Source: Felis catus (Eukaryota). Taken from it: a stretch of 64,000 bases of DNA. The position numbers were made by a program, and so were the translations under genes. The notes beneath the pieces are model-generated. The model made no database searches. It was not told where the DNA came from and saw nothing but the letters and a program-made list of their open reading frames with translations. The DNA is taken from contig NC_058368.1 in the NCBI RefSeq assembly GCF_018350175.1, forward strand, positions 127,598,001-127,662,000. The letters run 5' to 3'. Shown piece after piece: positions 24,793 through 37,719 of the stretch (its first letter is position 1; every line of letters begins with the position of its first letter).

Positions 24793-25559
24793 GGTTGGCT
24801 TACGGACTTGAAAGAACACTATTTACATGGCACTCTTCCCTAACAGTCATATCTGAATTTCCCGGCAGCCTGAAGAGCTTCAACAAAGGAGGGACTAATT
24901 TAATATAGTGTCCTCCAGATCCATGGAGCACAAGTTCCCTGGGCTGGCTGGGGTTACACAAAGCTGAACAACTCTACCTGGCTGTGGTCATACTCTCCCC
25001 CAGATACAACCTGGACCTTCTTCTGCAGACTTGGTTCATTCTGCAACACTGCCACTCACTCTAAGGAATGCCTGCCAAAAACAATCCTTTTTAAACAAAT
25101 AAGGTTTTAAGGCATCTGCTGAAGACCTAATGGCATGGTCATTGCCCTAATGGGTTTTTAATGATATGTAAAGTTCTCAGCTGATCCTCAACAGAGTGTA
25201 AAGTACTATAGAAGTATTTCATTAGTTTGAAATTATATCCTCTCTTTGAATCAAGCTTATTATTTCTGTAATCTAAAATTCAGGAGTCTTAAGTATGAGA
25301 AAGATGTCTACTTTCTTTTTAGATGCCATTTGGAATAGAGAGAGAAAGTATTTTTCTTTGATTTAATTTGATGGAAAAAGTTATGAAGAGGGAGGAGAGA
25401 TAATAAAAGCAGGGGTTTCCCACCTCAGTTGTCATGACTGTCCTGGGTGTCTCTGGAGTGATACTGTCTTAATGGCAAGCACTTTCTTGCCAATACTATG
25501 AGATCAGTGCTCCAGGGAACTGGGGTCTAAGACCAGTGTTCAAGATCTGAGTCACTTGC

Positions 25560-26300
25560 ATTCAATACCCACTTTAGACCAGGCAAAATGAGGCCTTGCC
25601 CTCCGAGGTGCCTCCGAGGGCGTGTTCTGCCCCTTTCCCAGCCCTGCTCCTTCCCTATGAGAAGGCATCTGTGGGACTTGGGCATATACCTGAATCCTCC
25701 TTTTAGACAATGAACTGGAAACTGAGATCTTGGAAGTGCCTATCAAATGGTCCAAGCCAGCCAACAGGGCCCATGTGGTCTGATTCTCATTCCTCCATCT
25801 GTCTTCTAGGGGACAGACATGTCACCAATGTACACACTCCTAGGCCTGAGAAGCAGAAGCTTGGGGGTAAGGACAATGTATATTTGGTTGGAACTTAGGT
25901 ATACTGGCATGTCCCCACACATGCATAGGGTGACTCATGGTTCCAGATGGAGCCAGACAGAAAGACATGAGTGGTTGAGCCACAGCTCCTTCCCTCAGCA
26001 CTGAGAGACTTAAAAATGCTAAATCGGAACCTAGCCTTCCAAGTTAATATAAAGGCTTATTTTTCAAAGAAGGAGGATAAACCTTTGACACTGAGGTAGG
26101 GAAAGAACCTAAACATTAAGCTTCCACATTTGAACTTAACCTTCTATGTCATAATATAGGCTTATTCGTCAAGGAAGGAGGTGTGAGCTTCCTCCTAAGT
26201 CTGTTAGTGTGATTTACAACTTTTAAATACTTAAACATGTGGTAGTTAGTCCTCCACCTGTATTCTTATCTCATAATCTCCCAAATTTCAAAAGTAGCTG
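25560..26300. mobile_element. MER115/Zaphod-like hAT-Tip100 remnant
   Basis: aaaaatgctaaatcggaacctagccttccaagt...gttagtgtgatttacaacttttaaatacttaaacatgtggta...cctccacctgtattctt resembles the remembered Tip100 terminus. Confidence 0.45.
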
Positions 26301-27172
26301 TGTTTCAAGCCCTTACCCTAGCTAGACCTACAGAACAAAACGTCTCAGGTTGGGCTGGTAAATTTGAAACCTAAAAAGTTCTTCAGATGGGCTGCACCCA
26401 CAATTCCTTCGCCAACCACTACCCTAGACCTTCACCTCCTCTTTCAGGGTTTACACTAAGTCCAAGTGCCAACAAAGCGGTGGTGAGTAATTCATCTGCA
26501 AGCAGTGAAAGCAGATAAAGGAGAACAGATTTTATTGGAATGTGAGGCACAGGCCAAGTCCAACTCCATTCTGTTAGCAGTTAGGCTTACTGAGCGCCAA
26601 GGCCTGTGGCTTCCATTCTGATTTTTCTCAGAGCAAAGCCAAGCTGCAGGAGAGTTGTGACAGGCCTCTTAACAGCCCCTCCAAGTTCAGACCATTTCCC
26701 CCGTTCCAATACAATTCTCTCAGTTTTCAGATTGGCTGTTCTTCCCTGTGGGTTCCTGAGTCTAGTTCTCTGAAAAGATATCTATTTTCTTTCCCTGTCT
26801 CTACACCTCACTGGCTAGAATATTTGTTTAACCATACAAGTGTATCACCAAGAGTCATGTGACCTCCCTCGACAGGTGAGAAACAGTTCTTGTTTGCACA
26901 GAGCCTGTTAGTACTCTGCCCGCATATTAGGGTCACCTGGAGAGCCTAAAAAAAATTCCCAAGCCTGGCTCATTCCAACCAATTAAACCCTGATCTATGT
27001 TGCACGATGTATGTATGTGATAAAATTATGGGGAACAGATCAATTTTCAATATTTTGCTCGTGCATCAAAAATTTCAAAGAACATTTTCCCCATAAATAC
27101 CCAGAGACTTTGGCCATTCCTATAGTATTTTTTTGGCACTAAGCAAACCCTGGTTATGCATATAAATCCAGC

Positions 27173-27397
27173 TTTTTTTTTTTTAATTTTTTTTCAACCT
27201 TTATTTATTTTTGGGACAGAGAGAGACAGCGCATGAACGGGGGAGGGGCAGAGAGAGAGGGAGACACAGAATCGGAAACAGGCTCCAGGCTCCGAGCCAT
27301 CAGCCCAGAGCCCGACACGGGGCTAGAACTCACAGACCACGAGATCGTGACCTGGCTGAAGTCGGACGCTTAACCGACTGCGCCACCCAGGCGCCCC
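27173..27397 (-). mobile_element. Young SINEC_Fc
   Basis: TSD taaatccagctttttt begins at 27163 and at 27398. Confidence 0.97.
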
Positions 27398-28704
27398 TAA
27401 ATCCAGCTTTTTTAACTCTGCCCATTTCATTAAAGCTTGCAAGTGCTGCCCACTGGAGAAACATTCCACCAAAATCCAATCAAAGAACTTCTGTAAAGAA
27501 GGAGCACCAACACTCTCTTTCAGAACTTTGAAAGCAGTTGAACCCCCAGGGCCTCATTGGTTAGCAGAGTAGTATGAGAGTGCCTTTTTTTTTTTTTTTT
27601 ACTGAAGGGGTGGGGGTACTATTATAAAACATTCTAGTGACATATCCAGTCTACACTGTAATTTAGAAATGTGATGTTTCATGTAGTTCATGGAAGACAA
27701 AAAGTTGCACGTGAAATTCAAGTACAGTGACTAAGTAGAAACTTGGTGGTTACCAAAGACACCATTCTCCCAGCTAAGAAGGAAGGAGGGCTGGGATGGT
27801 TGTATGAGTTAGAGTCTACGAAGACACTTCCTTTTCCAGCTACTTCATAGATAACTTCATAATTTTCAAAATTAGTGAGAAAAACACATACGTAAATTAA
27901 GACAAAGCAACTTATATGGACCCATGAAGTGGGGATTCAGAAGTCTTTATTTCTAGGCAATAAAAATAATCCAGATCTATTAAATCTGAACCTCCAATTT
28001 TTAACTGTTAGAGCAATTTTCAAGAGTACATTTCATAATAAAGAAGAAAATAAAATCAAGAGAATGAAGATAATACCACAATATACCACACTGCTTGTCA
28101 AAATTACCCTGTGTAATTTCTATTTTCTCAATTTCACCAAAAGGAGTACTTTTAGGATATGGGTATTATCTGCCTATATTATAACAGTGGGCTTAAGAGG
28201 TTGAACATACATCTCAGAGGCACATCTCCACACTGTGCAGATGGGGCTTGTGCTGGATTTTGCACCAGGCTAATTTGAGTCATTAAACTACTGACAAGAA
28301 ATGTGCTTTTTTCCTCCCTTGACAAAGGGCCAAATTCTGTTTCTACCAAGAGGACTTCTTGGTACAGCTGTGTCCCACCTCAGACTTAGTTCCAGAATCA
28401 GAGAACCAGGCTTAGTACTTCCTTTAAACTATAAAGCTGTGTCCTAGGATCTGGGGCTCTTTTCTGCCTGGAGAGCATACTCTCTTCAGTTGTGCAAGCA
28501 TATTGGTTATTATGATAAGGATAGTTCACACCAGAAACAATTATATACACTGGATAAAAATTGTAATCTGCTTAAAAGGAGAGAAAAGGGTTTCCCAGAA
28601 GTCATGTAGAACTTTAAGTGGTTATTACGCTTCAGAAACCAAAAAAGATAATTTCAATTCCAGGGCCTGGTTAAGCATTCGAAAACTACCCACAATCCTT
28701 TCAG

Positions 28705-28723
28705 TGGCCAGAAGGGGGCGCTA
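28705..28723 (+). promoter_or_regulatory. CTCF binding motif (strong)
   Basis: TGGCCAGAAGGGGGCGCTA matches the canonical consensus TGGCCACCAGGGGGCGCTA at 17/19, in apparently non-repeat DNA with the CpG retained. Confidence 0.75.
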
Positions 28724-30180
28724 CCCTCTTAGAAATATCAAAACATGAGGTTAGAAAAACCCCTCCAAGAAGAACCAGAACAAGACTAACCTGAAAACGT
28801 CTTTCAATAAAAAAGATCAGTCGGTTTTTACAGAAATACATTTACCCGTTAAGGGCATGAGCAGTGGCGTTCACAAATGTAGACAGTTGCTGGCATTCAT
28901 AACGTGGGATGCGGAACAGAAAGACTCTGGCTTATTTTATTTGAATGTATTTCCTCTTTAGTCAGGGCAGGGTAATTAACATATATCGATTTCTCCTTAA
29001 TGTGTTAAGTGCTGTACTGAATTTAAAATGCTGACTCCTTTCTACCTGGAGCTTGTAATGAAAAGATGGCTTGGTACAGACTGAAAATCTCTGAGGCACC
29101 TCCTGGGTCTGGCTCAGCTCTTCAGCGCTGGGCCAGCCAGGCTGTAGTCCCCACCCCTTAGATGCTACATCACTTCCCTGACTGCCCCTCAGGGTCACTG
29201 CCATCTCAGACCATCTGGTCTGCAGAGCCTCCGGCCATTTTGGCCATCTCCCTCCTTCTTTTGTATTCCCATCAGCTTTCTTGTCTCATTTAAAGAATAA
29301 AATGAGAATTTAAATGCTTATTTGCACTTAAAAAACAGTGCATTTTTCATTTGTATATACTTGTGGGTATGGGCAACAGTGGAAAAATCAGGAATGATTT
29401 ACTGACCTTGAACAAATAAGATAAACATATCCAGAGCAAAAGTAAACAGACTCACTGTTCATGTGGCCTCTTTTCCTGAACACACAATGGACAGATGTTG
29501 ATGTGAAAAAGTGGTATAATACGTTAGAAAGAATTCAGAGGAGGGTGTAAAGGGGCTAATGTAGAGGCTGCATGTAGAATGTAGAGTGAAGTCGAAGGGC
29601 TGGGGCTGGGAACCAAGAAGAAAGAAGAGAGAAGGCAAGTGATAGAGGCAGAGGGAATTGAAAGCCAGGGATGTGTGAATTTGGTGCACAATGTCCTGAA
29701 GACTTAGAACTGTCTGATACAACATATGATATGGATGATGTCTGTGGAAAGAAGCATGAGTCCCGCTGGAGAATTTTCAATGGATCAGAAAGCCTCCTAA
29801 ACTTTCATCTTTTCAATGTTCTCTTCTTCCTAGTTAGCAACCAACCTACTTTTGTTCTTTTTGTTCAGCCACTTCTGTTCAACTGATTTCTGCTGGAGAA
29901 TCACACACCCAAAATACCCAAACCTACTGTACACATTCTGTCTCACTTCTGCTGTGTCCTCAGTAGTAACTGTAACTACCCACAAAGAATTCTCTCTCAC
30001 ATTACTGCAATGGATGTTTCAAAACTGTATCACTCTTTTCAAACCTGATGTGGCTAGACATGTACCCTCACCATTAAATGATTCTGCACCCTACCTTCCT
30101 GTCCTCAGCCACTCTCCATAAGCTTAGATTTCCAGGAAGTGGTCATCTCATCCCTTGCTCCTTCCAAGATGAATCTCCTC

Positions 30181-30214
30181 TTTTTTAAAATATTTGTTGA
30201 ACCTATTTATTAAT

Positions 30215-30249
<35 letters not shown>

Positions 30250-30414
30250 ACAAGCAGGGGAGGAAAAGAGAGAGAGGAGAGAGAGAATCCCAAGTAGGCT
30301 CTACACTATCAGCCCAGAGCCCACTGTGGGGCTCAAACTCATGAACTGTGAGATCATGGCCTGAGCTGAAATCAAGAGTTGGACACTTAACCAACTGAGT
30401 CACCCAGGTACCCC
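30181..30414 (-). mobile_element. CAN-SINE
   Basis: TSD aagatga(a/g)tctcct at 30166-30179 and 30416-30429. Confidence 0.94.
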
Positions 30415-30465
30415 AAAGATGAGTCTCCTTTTATCTCAGGGGAACCTCCCATCCAGCTGCAAAAG

Positions 30466-30685
30466 GCAACAGCACAGAATAAAAACTGTGACCTTCGTAC
30501 TTGGAAGGTTTGGATTCAAATCTCAGTGTTTCTCCTACCTGATTATGTATCCCCATACCAGAAACACAATTCTTGCAAGACTCCTCATCTGTAAACATGG
30601 CTGTCATAATACAACTTCTTCACAATATTTTGAGGATTACTGATGTGTTATTTGTGAATGTACTTCCACACTACTTAGCAATATT
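30466..30685 (+). mobile_element. MIR
   Basis: tggattcaaatctcag...ctcctcatctgtaaacatgg...tgaggattactga. Confidence 0.65.
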
Positions 30686-31171
30686 GTAAATTCCCTCAGA
30701 TCCCTACCCGTTGACTTTATAACTGAAGACTTTTAAGCCCAGAGAGTACATTATTTTCCTAAGTCACCAGGGTTGGGATGAGGATGAAGGACAGTGACCT
30801 AGTCCAGGCCCTACAATCAGTTACCTCACCTTTTCCTGTGTCCTACCCCTGACCCCCTCCTATGATAGTACCATTTTCTTCTCATTTTGGCTGTTTATCT
30901 TCTCCTGAGTCCAAGTGTAAACCTTCCCTAGCATTCTATCCTTGGCCTTTCCTTCTCCCTCTGTATACCCATTCATCACTAATCCTCTGCACCGTGACCA
31001 TCTCACCCCTGGTGATGAGTATGAAGTGTACATCCCCAACCCTGAAACATACTTCCTCTTGTTCCTGAGTGATACTGAGACATATTGAAGGATGAGCATA
31101 ACCTTGTTTATAAATTCACAGACTCACTTTCAAGACCTTAGGATACTCTAATAAATAAAAGAAATTTTTTA

Positions 31172-31365
31172 GGGGAGTCTGGGTGGCTCATTTGGTTGAG
31201 CATCCAACTCTTGATTTTGACTCAGGAAGTCATGACCCCAAGGTTGTGGGATCAAGTCCCATGTCCACGCTCAGTGTGGAGCCTCCTGCTTAAGATTCTT
31301 TCTCTCTGCCCCCTCTCCCACATATGTTCTCTTTTTCAAAAATTAAAAAAAAAGTAAAATAAATT
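31172..31365 (+). mobile_element. CAN-SINE (older)
   Basis: ggggagtctgggtggctcatttggttgagcatccaactcttgattt...ggagcctcctgcttaagattct, A tail. Confidence 0.9.
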
Positions 31366-31393
31366 AAAGAATTTAGTTTATAAAGTAGGCATC

Positions 31394-31456
<63 letters not shown>
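31394..31456. repeat. (AAAG)~15 microsatellite
   Basis: Pure tetranucleotide run. Confidence 0.97.
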
Positions 31457-32077
31457 GAAAACATTCCTACTGACAATGGAATTATCATCTGTTATCTTTG
31501 GCCTAAGCACAAGCTATTATTACTTTGCAGACATCTTGTTAGCAGCCTCAAGTGGTTCTCTCTGGCAATAATATATGCAGAAGAAAAGAGGTCAAAGGGC
31601 AAGCATTGAACCTAGCTGGACGGAAGAGAAACATTTCCCAGACTTCTGCCAGATCAAGCTTCTGTGTTCCATTTAAACTGGGACACAAAGTAATATTCCT
31701 AAATTCTAATGCCAAAAGACCTGCTTATGCTCCTCTGCACTTATAAGGTCTGCTGTTCAGATTTTCTCTTCCTTGCTTCCAAGGACTCATCTCCATATAT
31801 AAGTGATGATTTTCTGGACATTTGTTTCTGGTCCAAGGCCTGTCTATTTGGGTGTTCAGTTGCTCTTATTGTTAAATAAAACTATCATTCTTGTCTTCCT
31901 AAGAGACAAGAGTCAGAGAGTTTCGGCAATGTTTGCCAAGTAAGTCAACTTTGTATTTGCTCAGGCCTCTCCTACACTAATGCCACCAACAGGTGCTGCT
32001 GTCTCTTTGTTATGTAGCTTTGAGGCATAGACTCCTCCCATAAGGTTGTCAAGATATATGTCTATGTCTATGTGTGT

Positions 32078-32722
32078 AGAGACTATATATAATATATAGT
32101 CTATATATAATGATTACTCACCATTATTAAATGTTTTGCTATATATATATAATATATATATATAGACTATATAATATCTATATATAATATATATATAGAT
32201 ATTATATATAGATAGATATTATATATATAATATAATATATATTATATATATATTATAGATATATATATAATATATATAGACTATATAATAGTCTATATTA
32301 TATATATTATATTATATATATATATATTATATATTATATATATTATATATAATATATTACATATATATATAATGTATATATATATACATTATATATATAT
32401 GTATGTATATATATACATTATATATATATATTACATATATATAATATGTATATTATATATAGACTATGTAATAGTCTATATTATATATATATTATATATA
32501 TACTATATAATAGTATATATAGATATATATATAGTCTATATATATAGATAGACAGATATCTATCTATATATATCTATCTATATATATAGACTATATATAT
32601 ATATATATATAGACTATATAACAGTCTATATTATATCTATATTATATATATAGATATATATCTATATATATAGACTATATAATATATAGTCTATATATAT
32701 AATGATTACTCACCATTATTAA
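32078..32722. repeat. Complex palindromic AT-rich repeat array
   Basis: About 640 bp of TA-rich sequence with recurring tagacta/tagtcta units. Bounded by the direct repeat aatgattactcaccattattaa (32109-32130 and 32701-32722). Confidence 0.95.
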
Positions 32723-33109
32723 CTTAAATGTTGGATAACAAATTTCCTTTTGTTATCCAACTTGCACATGCATGTGAGTGTCCACACACACACACATACA
32801 CTCACACACACAGATACATACACATTCACAAAGGGGTGTACCTGTCATTGGTTACTTTTTGCCCAGGGAATGGAAATCCATCTTAATAATAATTCCATGA
32901 GGTATATTTATTGCTATTAACATAAAAAATTGAAAAGTATTCCTAAAAAAAAAAAAAAGCAATTATTTTCAAGTCTTCCAGCTTTACTTTTTCCAGACAG
33001 TGGCAAGAACATTAGACTAAGAGTCTACCAGAGAGAAAACAACGTACTCACAAAAGCAATGTGCAAAAACTGTAGGCCTGTGGAAGGAAACGCTTCAATA
33101 AAATCAAAC

Positions 33110-33142
33110 TGCAGATCTTTCAAGTTTGCCAGTGGGTGGCGC
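33110..33142 (+). promoter_or_regulatory. CTCF motif with possible upstream (ZF9-11) module
   Basis: Core CCAGTGGGTGGCGC at 33129-33142, with TGCAG at 33110-33114, 14 nt upstream. Confidence 0.6.
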
Positions 33143-33191
33143 ATCACTGTCTGGGCAGGGCTCACAACCCCTAGATACAAACCTCTCTGTA

Positions 33192-33222
33192 TGCAACTAA
33201 CCTCTTGGCCTCAGGGTGGCAG
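33192..33222 (+). promoter_or_regulatory. CTCF motif with possible upstream module
   Basis: TGG-CCTCAGGGTGGCAG core at 33209-33222, with TGCAA at 33192-33196, 12 nt upstream. Confidence 0.5.
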
Positions 33223-33479
33223 TGTCGGCCCCTTAATATATTTAAGCTCAGCTGAAGTACCTAAAAATCAAATCTAAAAATCTGAAATCAAACAAAATGG
33301 AAAAATAGATCAAAATAACATCAATATTCTGGCCCCAAATTAATATGAGATATTCACATCCTCTAGGAACAGGAGTTTATTTAGTTACTGGACTCAGAAA
33401 AAAATAAATGCAAGACTTTTGAGAAATGACTTCTCCTTTTCTGGGTCTATCCTTAATTCGCCCTTCTTTCTTTTGGACA

Positions 33480-33702
33480 CTAAGGAATGGTAAATTATAG
33501 ACCCATAGGCCAAATCAAGTCTGTTACCTGTTTTCATGAATAAAGTTACACGGCAACACGGCCACACTCATTTGTCTGTATGCTGTCTATGCCTGCTTTC
33601 ATTCTGCACCAGACTGGAGTAGTTGCTACAGAGACCATACATACTAAGAAGTCTAAAATATTTGCTATCTGGCCTTTACGGAACAAGATGGACAACGGCT
33701 GC
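33480..33702. mobile_element. MER58A hAT-Charlie MITE
   Basis: ggccaaatc...cctgttttcatgaataaagtt...acacggccacactcatttg...gagtagttgctacagagaccata...ctaaaatatttgctatctggccttta. Confidence 0.85.
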
Positions 33703-34737
33703 ACTCAGTCTATAGGATTTTTCAAAAAGGGACACAGAGGTGACAATGGTGAACATAGGAAACTTTGATATGTGGCTGGTCAGCCAGGAGGAGTGCCAAC
33801 TTCTTAAAGAGTGTATCTGCAATATGATGAAATTACCCTCTGCCAGCCATTTCTAGTGAGTCACTTCAGGCAAATGGTACCAATAAAAGGAACCTTGGAT
33901 GCATACCCAGGAACTACATCGTATCAGACATGCACCTTGCAGGGATGTAAGTGCTGTTTTCATCTCAGCTTCCAGTTCAGAGTTATACCAAAGAAAGAAA
34001 AATTCAGATCTCCTGCCACACAGGGAGGTTTGGCTTCGGGCATGGCTCTTTGGACTTTCCACTGGGAACACACTGCACTTCACAACGCTGGAAATCCTGT
34101 GTTTGTTCAGAGAGGTAATTCCCAGTCTGATCACAAGAGATCAAAGCTGAAAATGCGCTAAGGAAGAAACAAAATATACAGGTAAATGGGAGAAATGGAG
34201 GGCTTGTGACAGAGAAAATAACAAGCACTGAAGAGATAGACATTAGTAGGGACAAGGAATGTAACTGAGAAAAACACATACATACTACTGGATGACAGAT
34301 TTTTTTTTCATAAAGTCTGGCTAATGATGCCAATGAGAGATTTTATCCCAGTAACACTGTATCTTCAAGGACACAGACATCCATCAGGAAATTTTTAACA
34401 TGGGGAAGAGTATACAAGAGTAGTGATCTATGGAGGAAGAATAATGAAAAGGATAAAAATAATAGATGCAAGTCACTTTCCAGGGAAGTGAGAGAAGCTG
34501 AGCAGGTGACTCAGGCTGTGGGAACAGGACACCTGACAGGGGAACTCAACCAGGAAAATATTATATCTTTCCAAAAAGGAGCAAAGATTCATACTACAAC
34601 TGTATCACAGGTGATTTTGGTACTGGTCCGTGAAAACACTTCAGAGCTAATTAGCAGATGGTTTTTGAACACAAGAGGGTAGAAACAGCTCTTGGAGAGC
34701 CAGTGTGATTCACGAGGATTCATGAGTACAGAGTGTA

Positions 34738-34980
34738 CCACGTGGAACAGTGGTTCAGTCTGTGGGCTCTGAGGCCTGAGCTGGTCCTGCCACTTCCCAG
34801 CTGTGTGACCCTGGGTAAATTACTTATCTTCTCTCTTCCCTAGTTTTCTCAGTTGTCAAGTCAGCATAATAACAGCATGCTGGAAACAGGACTGTTGTAA
34901 GGATGAAATGAGTTAATACATATTAAGGACTTAGAACAGGGGCTGGCTCAGGTTGGTGCTATGTAACCATCAGCCATCAT
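34738..34980 (+). mobile_element. MIR (near full length)
   Basis: ctgccacttcccagctgtgtgaccctgggtaaattactta...gttgtaaggatgaaatgagttaataca...cttagaacag. Confidence 0.85.
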
Positions 34981-35434
34981 TGATGCAACTATGAGACCAG
35001 GGGCCAGAAGAATGCTAAGGATCTGGGTGAAACCAAATTGCAACAAAGCATTGCACAGTCTCACTTGATGCATCTGAAAAGGTAATCAGAATGACAGAAC
35101 AGATAAACAGATCCACAACTGGCTGTATAACTATAATTTCACTTCAGCTTGATATAACCTCTCTAATTTCAAGACTTGTGACTATCGTCAGCCCTGCCCT
35201 ATTTACCATTCCTTTATCAATAAGGAAGTTATTTTATTGTGAAAATTGTAAGATACTGTGAACTATTCCAAGTACACAAAAATAATTTTCAACATTTTAG
35301 AATGGACAAAATATGTCATACCTAAAGCACTAGTGATTTCTTTCTTACTGAACATATTCAAATAATGACCGTGGGGCCCCTTAGAGAACAGATTGCAGTG
35401 TGTCACATGAAGCATGTGTTGAGATAAAATTCAA

Positions 35435-35565
35435 ACATTTTATTCACTCTTTGATCCATCAAGTGTTTATTAAGTATTTAATATACAATAAGTACTATCC
35501 TAGGTACTTGGAATTCAGGGAACCAAAACAAATAATTTGTCTTTGTGGAACTTACATTCAGGTGA
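35435..35565 (-). mobile_element. L2 3' end
   Basis: ttcactctttgatccatcaagtgtttattaagtattta...tatcctaggtacttgg...tggaacttacattc. Confidence 0.55.
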
Positions 35566-36763
35566 GATCCTTGTTCACCAGAAGGTTCTTTGAGTCATAA
35601 GATCTCAGTTTCATTTTAAGATTCGCCACTTCCTACATAAACTTGATAAACACACTAATTTTTTCTCAACTGTAAGATGGTGATTAAAAAACCATCCCTT
35701 CACAGCATGATTCAGGACAATTCATTTGATCAGCAAGTATTTATGACTTCGGGCTAGGCCCAAGACAATGAACAAGACAAGGTCCCTGACCCTGTGGAAC
35801 TTCTATCTTTAATTATCAGAAAGATAAAATCAGGTAGTTAACATTAACAGTAAGATGTAGATATCCACGTAAGCTGTGGTTAGTATAACCAGTAATATAA
35901 ACATGATTTCGTGAGTCTTCGGTAGGCTTCTGGGAGATATTCAATGCAGATTTTGGCTGTTACCTAAACCATACGCCAACATCATAGCCAGCACTATTGC
36001 TAGTATGTGCACAGATGCTGTGTTCCACACTCAGAGAGGTAGGGGGAAAACCCTAGCATTTCAGAAAACCTAGAAGAATCTCTTTCCTGGGAGGTATCCA
36101 GTTTTGTTACCAAACACTCTCCCCTCCTACCTAGAGGCCTGAGGTAAGAGGTACTGTGGGTGGAGAAGCTACCCTCCATGACACCGGAACCTGAGCAGGT
36201 CCATTTGGAAATGAATTTACAAATGGACGTTCCTAAATCCACAACAAGCAAGAAAGCAGCACAGCGAAGCTTAGTCTCTGGAAGTAGAGCCAACATGAAT
36301 TGGCAGGGAGCAACTTCTCTGCGGTGAGCGTCGGGTAGGTGATCAGAGGACTAGTCATTCTGCAACTGTGAACCATTCTCTCCACCTGCTCTTTTATCCT
36401 GCTCTCGGGTAACAGCAGAAGCCAAATGCTCATTGCTCAGGTGTGCCTCACAGGTGGCAGCCCGTTGTGCAACTCCACCTGTTTCTGTCCCCTCCCAGGA
36501 AGGGCTGTGAAAGGTGATAAGCAGTGTGCCTAGACAGTCAGCTAACAGAGCCGTGAATTTACTAAGAAGCAAAGAGTGGCTCCATAAACTTAAAAAATAA
36601 CACAAAATCAGTTCTTCCTTTCCCTCATTTATGACACAGATATTTTCCAGTATAGCAGGAAGAAGAGGAATCCTTTCATTTTTTGTCTAACACGACGAGA
36701 ACCTACCGTGGGTGGGGCAGTGTCCTGGGTATTGGGAACTCGACAAAGAATAATCTAAATCCT

Positions 36764-36990
36764 GGGGTGCCTGGGTGGCTCAGTCAGTTAAGCATCTGGC
36801 TCTTGTTACCCGCTAAGCTTATGATCTCATGGTTCGTGAGTTTGAGCCCTGCATCAGGCTCTGCACTGATGGTGGGGAGCTTGCTTGGGATTCTGTCTCT
36901 CCTTCTCTCTGGACCTCCCCTGCTTGTGCTTGCTCTCTCTCTATCTCTCTCTCAAAATAAATAAATAAACTTAATTTAAAAAAAAAAAAA
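36764..36990 (+). mobile_element. CAN-SINE
   Basis: Full element with A tail and imperfect TSD aa(t/g)aatc(t/c)aaatcc. Confidence 0.94.
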
Positions 36991-37083
36991 GAAGAATCCA
37001 AATCCCTAGTAATAGTGACGAGAGTGGGGATGGGAAGACACACAACGAATATACTGATACTTATTAAATACCGACTGGGTCAA

Positions 37084-37458
37084 TACTAAGGACTGAATCG
37101 TGCCCCCTTGTCAATTCATATGATGAAAACCTAACACCTGATATAACTGTATTTGGACATAGGCCTTGCAGGAGGAAGTTAAGGTTAAATGAGGTTACAA
37201 AAATGAAGTCCTAATCTGAGAGATAGGTAATCTGGTAGCTCCCCTCCCTGGCCAAGTACATACATGGAGAAAAGTCCTTGTGAGCACAGAGTGAGAAGGT
37301 GGCTATCTGCAAGCCAGGAAGAGTGCTCTCACCAGGAACTGGCCAGGCTACATTCTCGTGTTGGACTTTCAGCCTCCATAGCCATGAGAAAATATTTGTC
37401 TACGGTAAGCCACACAGTGTATGGTATTTTGTCATGGCAGCCTAAATAGACTAAGATG
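37084..37458 (+). mobile_element. MLT1A-like MaLR solo LTR
   Basis: ggactgaatcgtgccccc...aattcatatgatgaaaacctaac...gagaaggtggctatctgcaagccaggaagag...atggtattttgtcatggcagcc...actaaga. TSD gtca(a/g). Confidence 0.88.
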
Positions 37459-37719
37459 GTCAGACAGTGGTAAGAGCTCAGTCTTAAAACCAAGTAGAGT
37501 AAAAGGACAGAGAGCAATGATGGAGAAGCGGAGGCCCTGCGAGGAGCAGACACTGAGCAGAGAGCTGAATGAAGCTCGGACTCATTCAAAAGCAGCTTCT
37601 TGTCTCAGGTTTATGAATTGTAACAATCAGGACAAGCCAGGGCTTGTCTTTAGAAGCAATGAGCCACCCCAACAGGATTTATTTTTGCAAATATACTTCT
37701 CTTGCAGAGAGGAAAAAGT

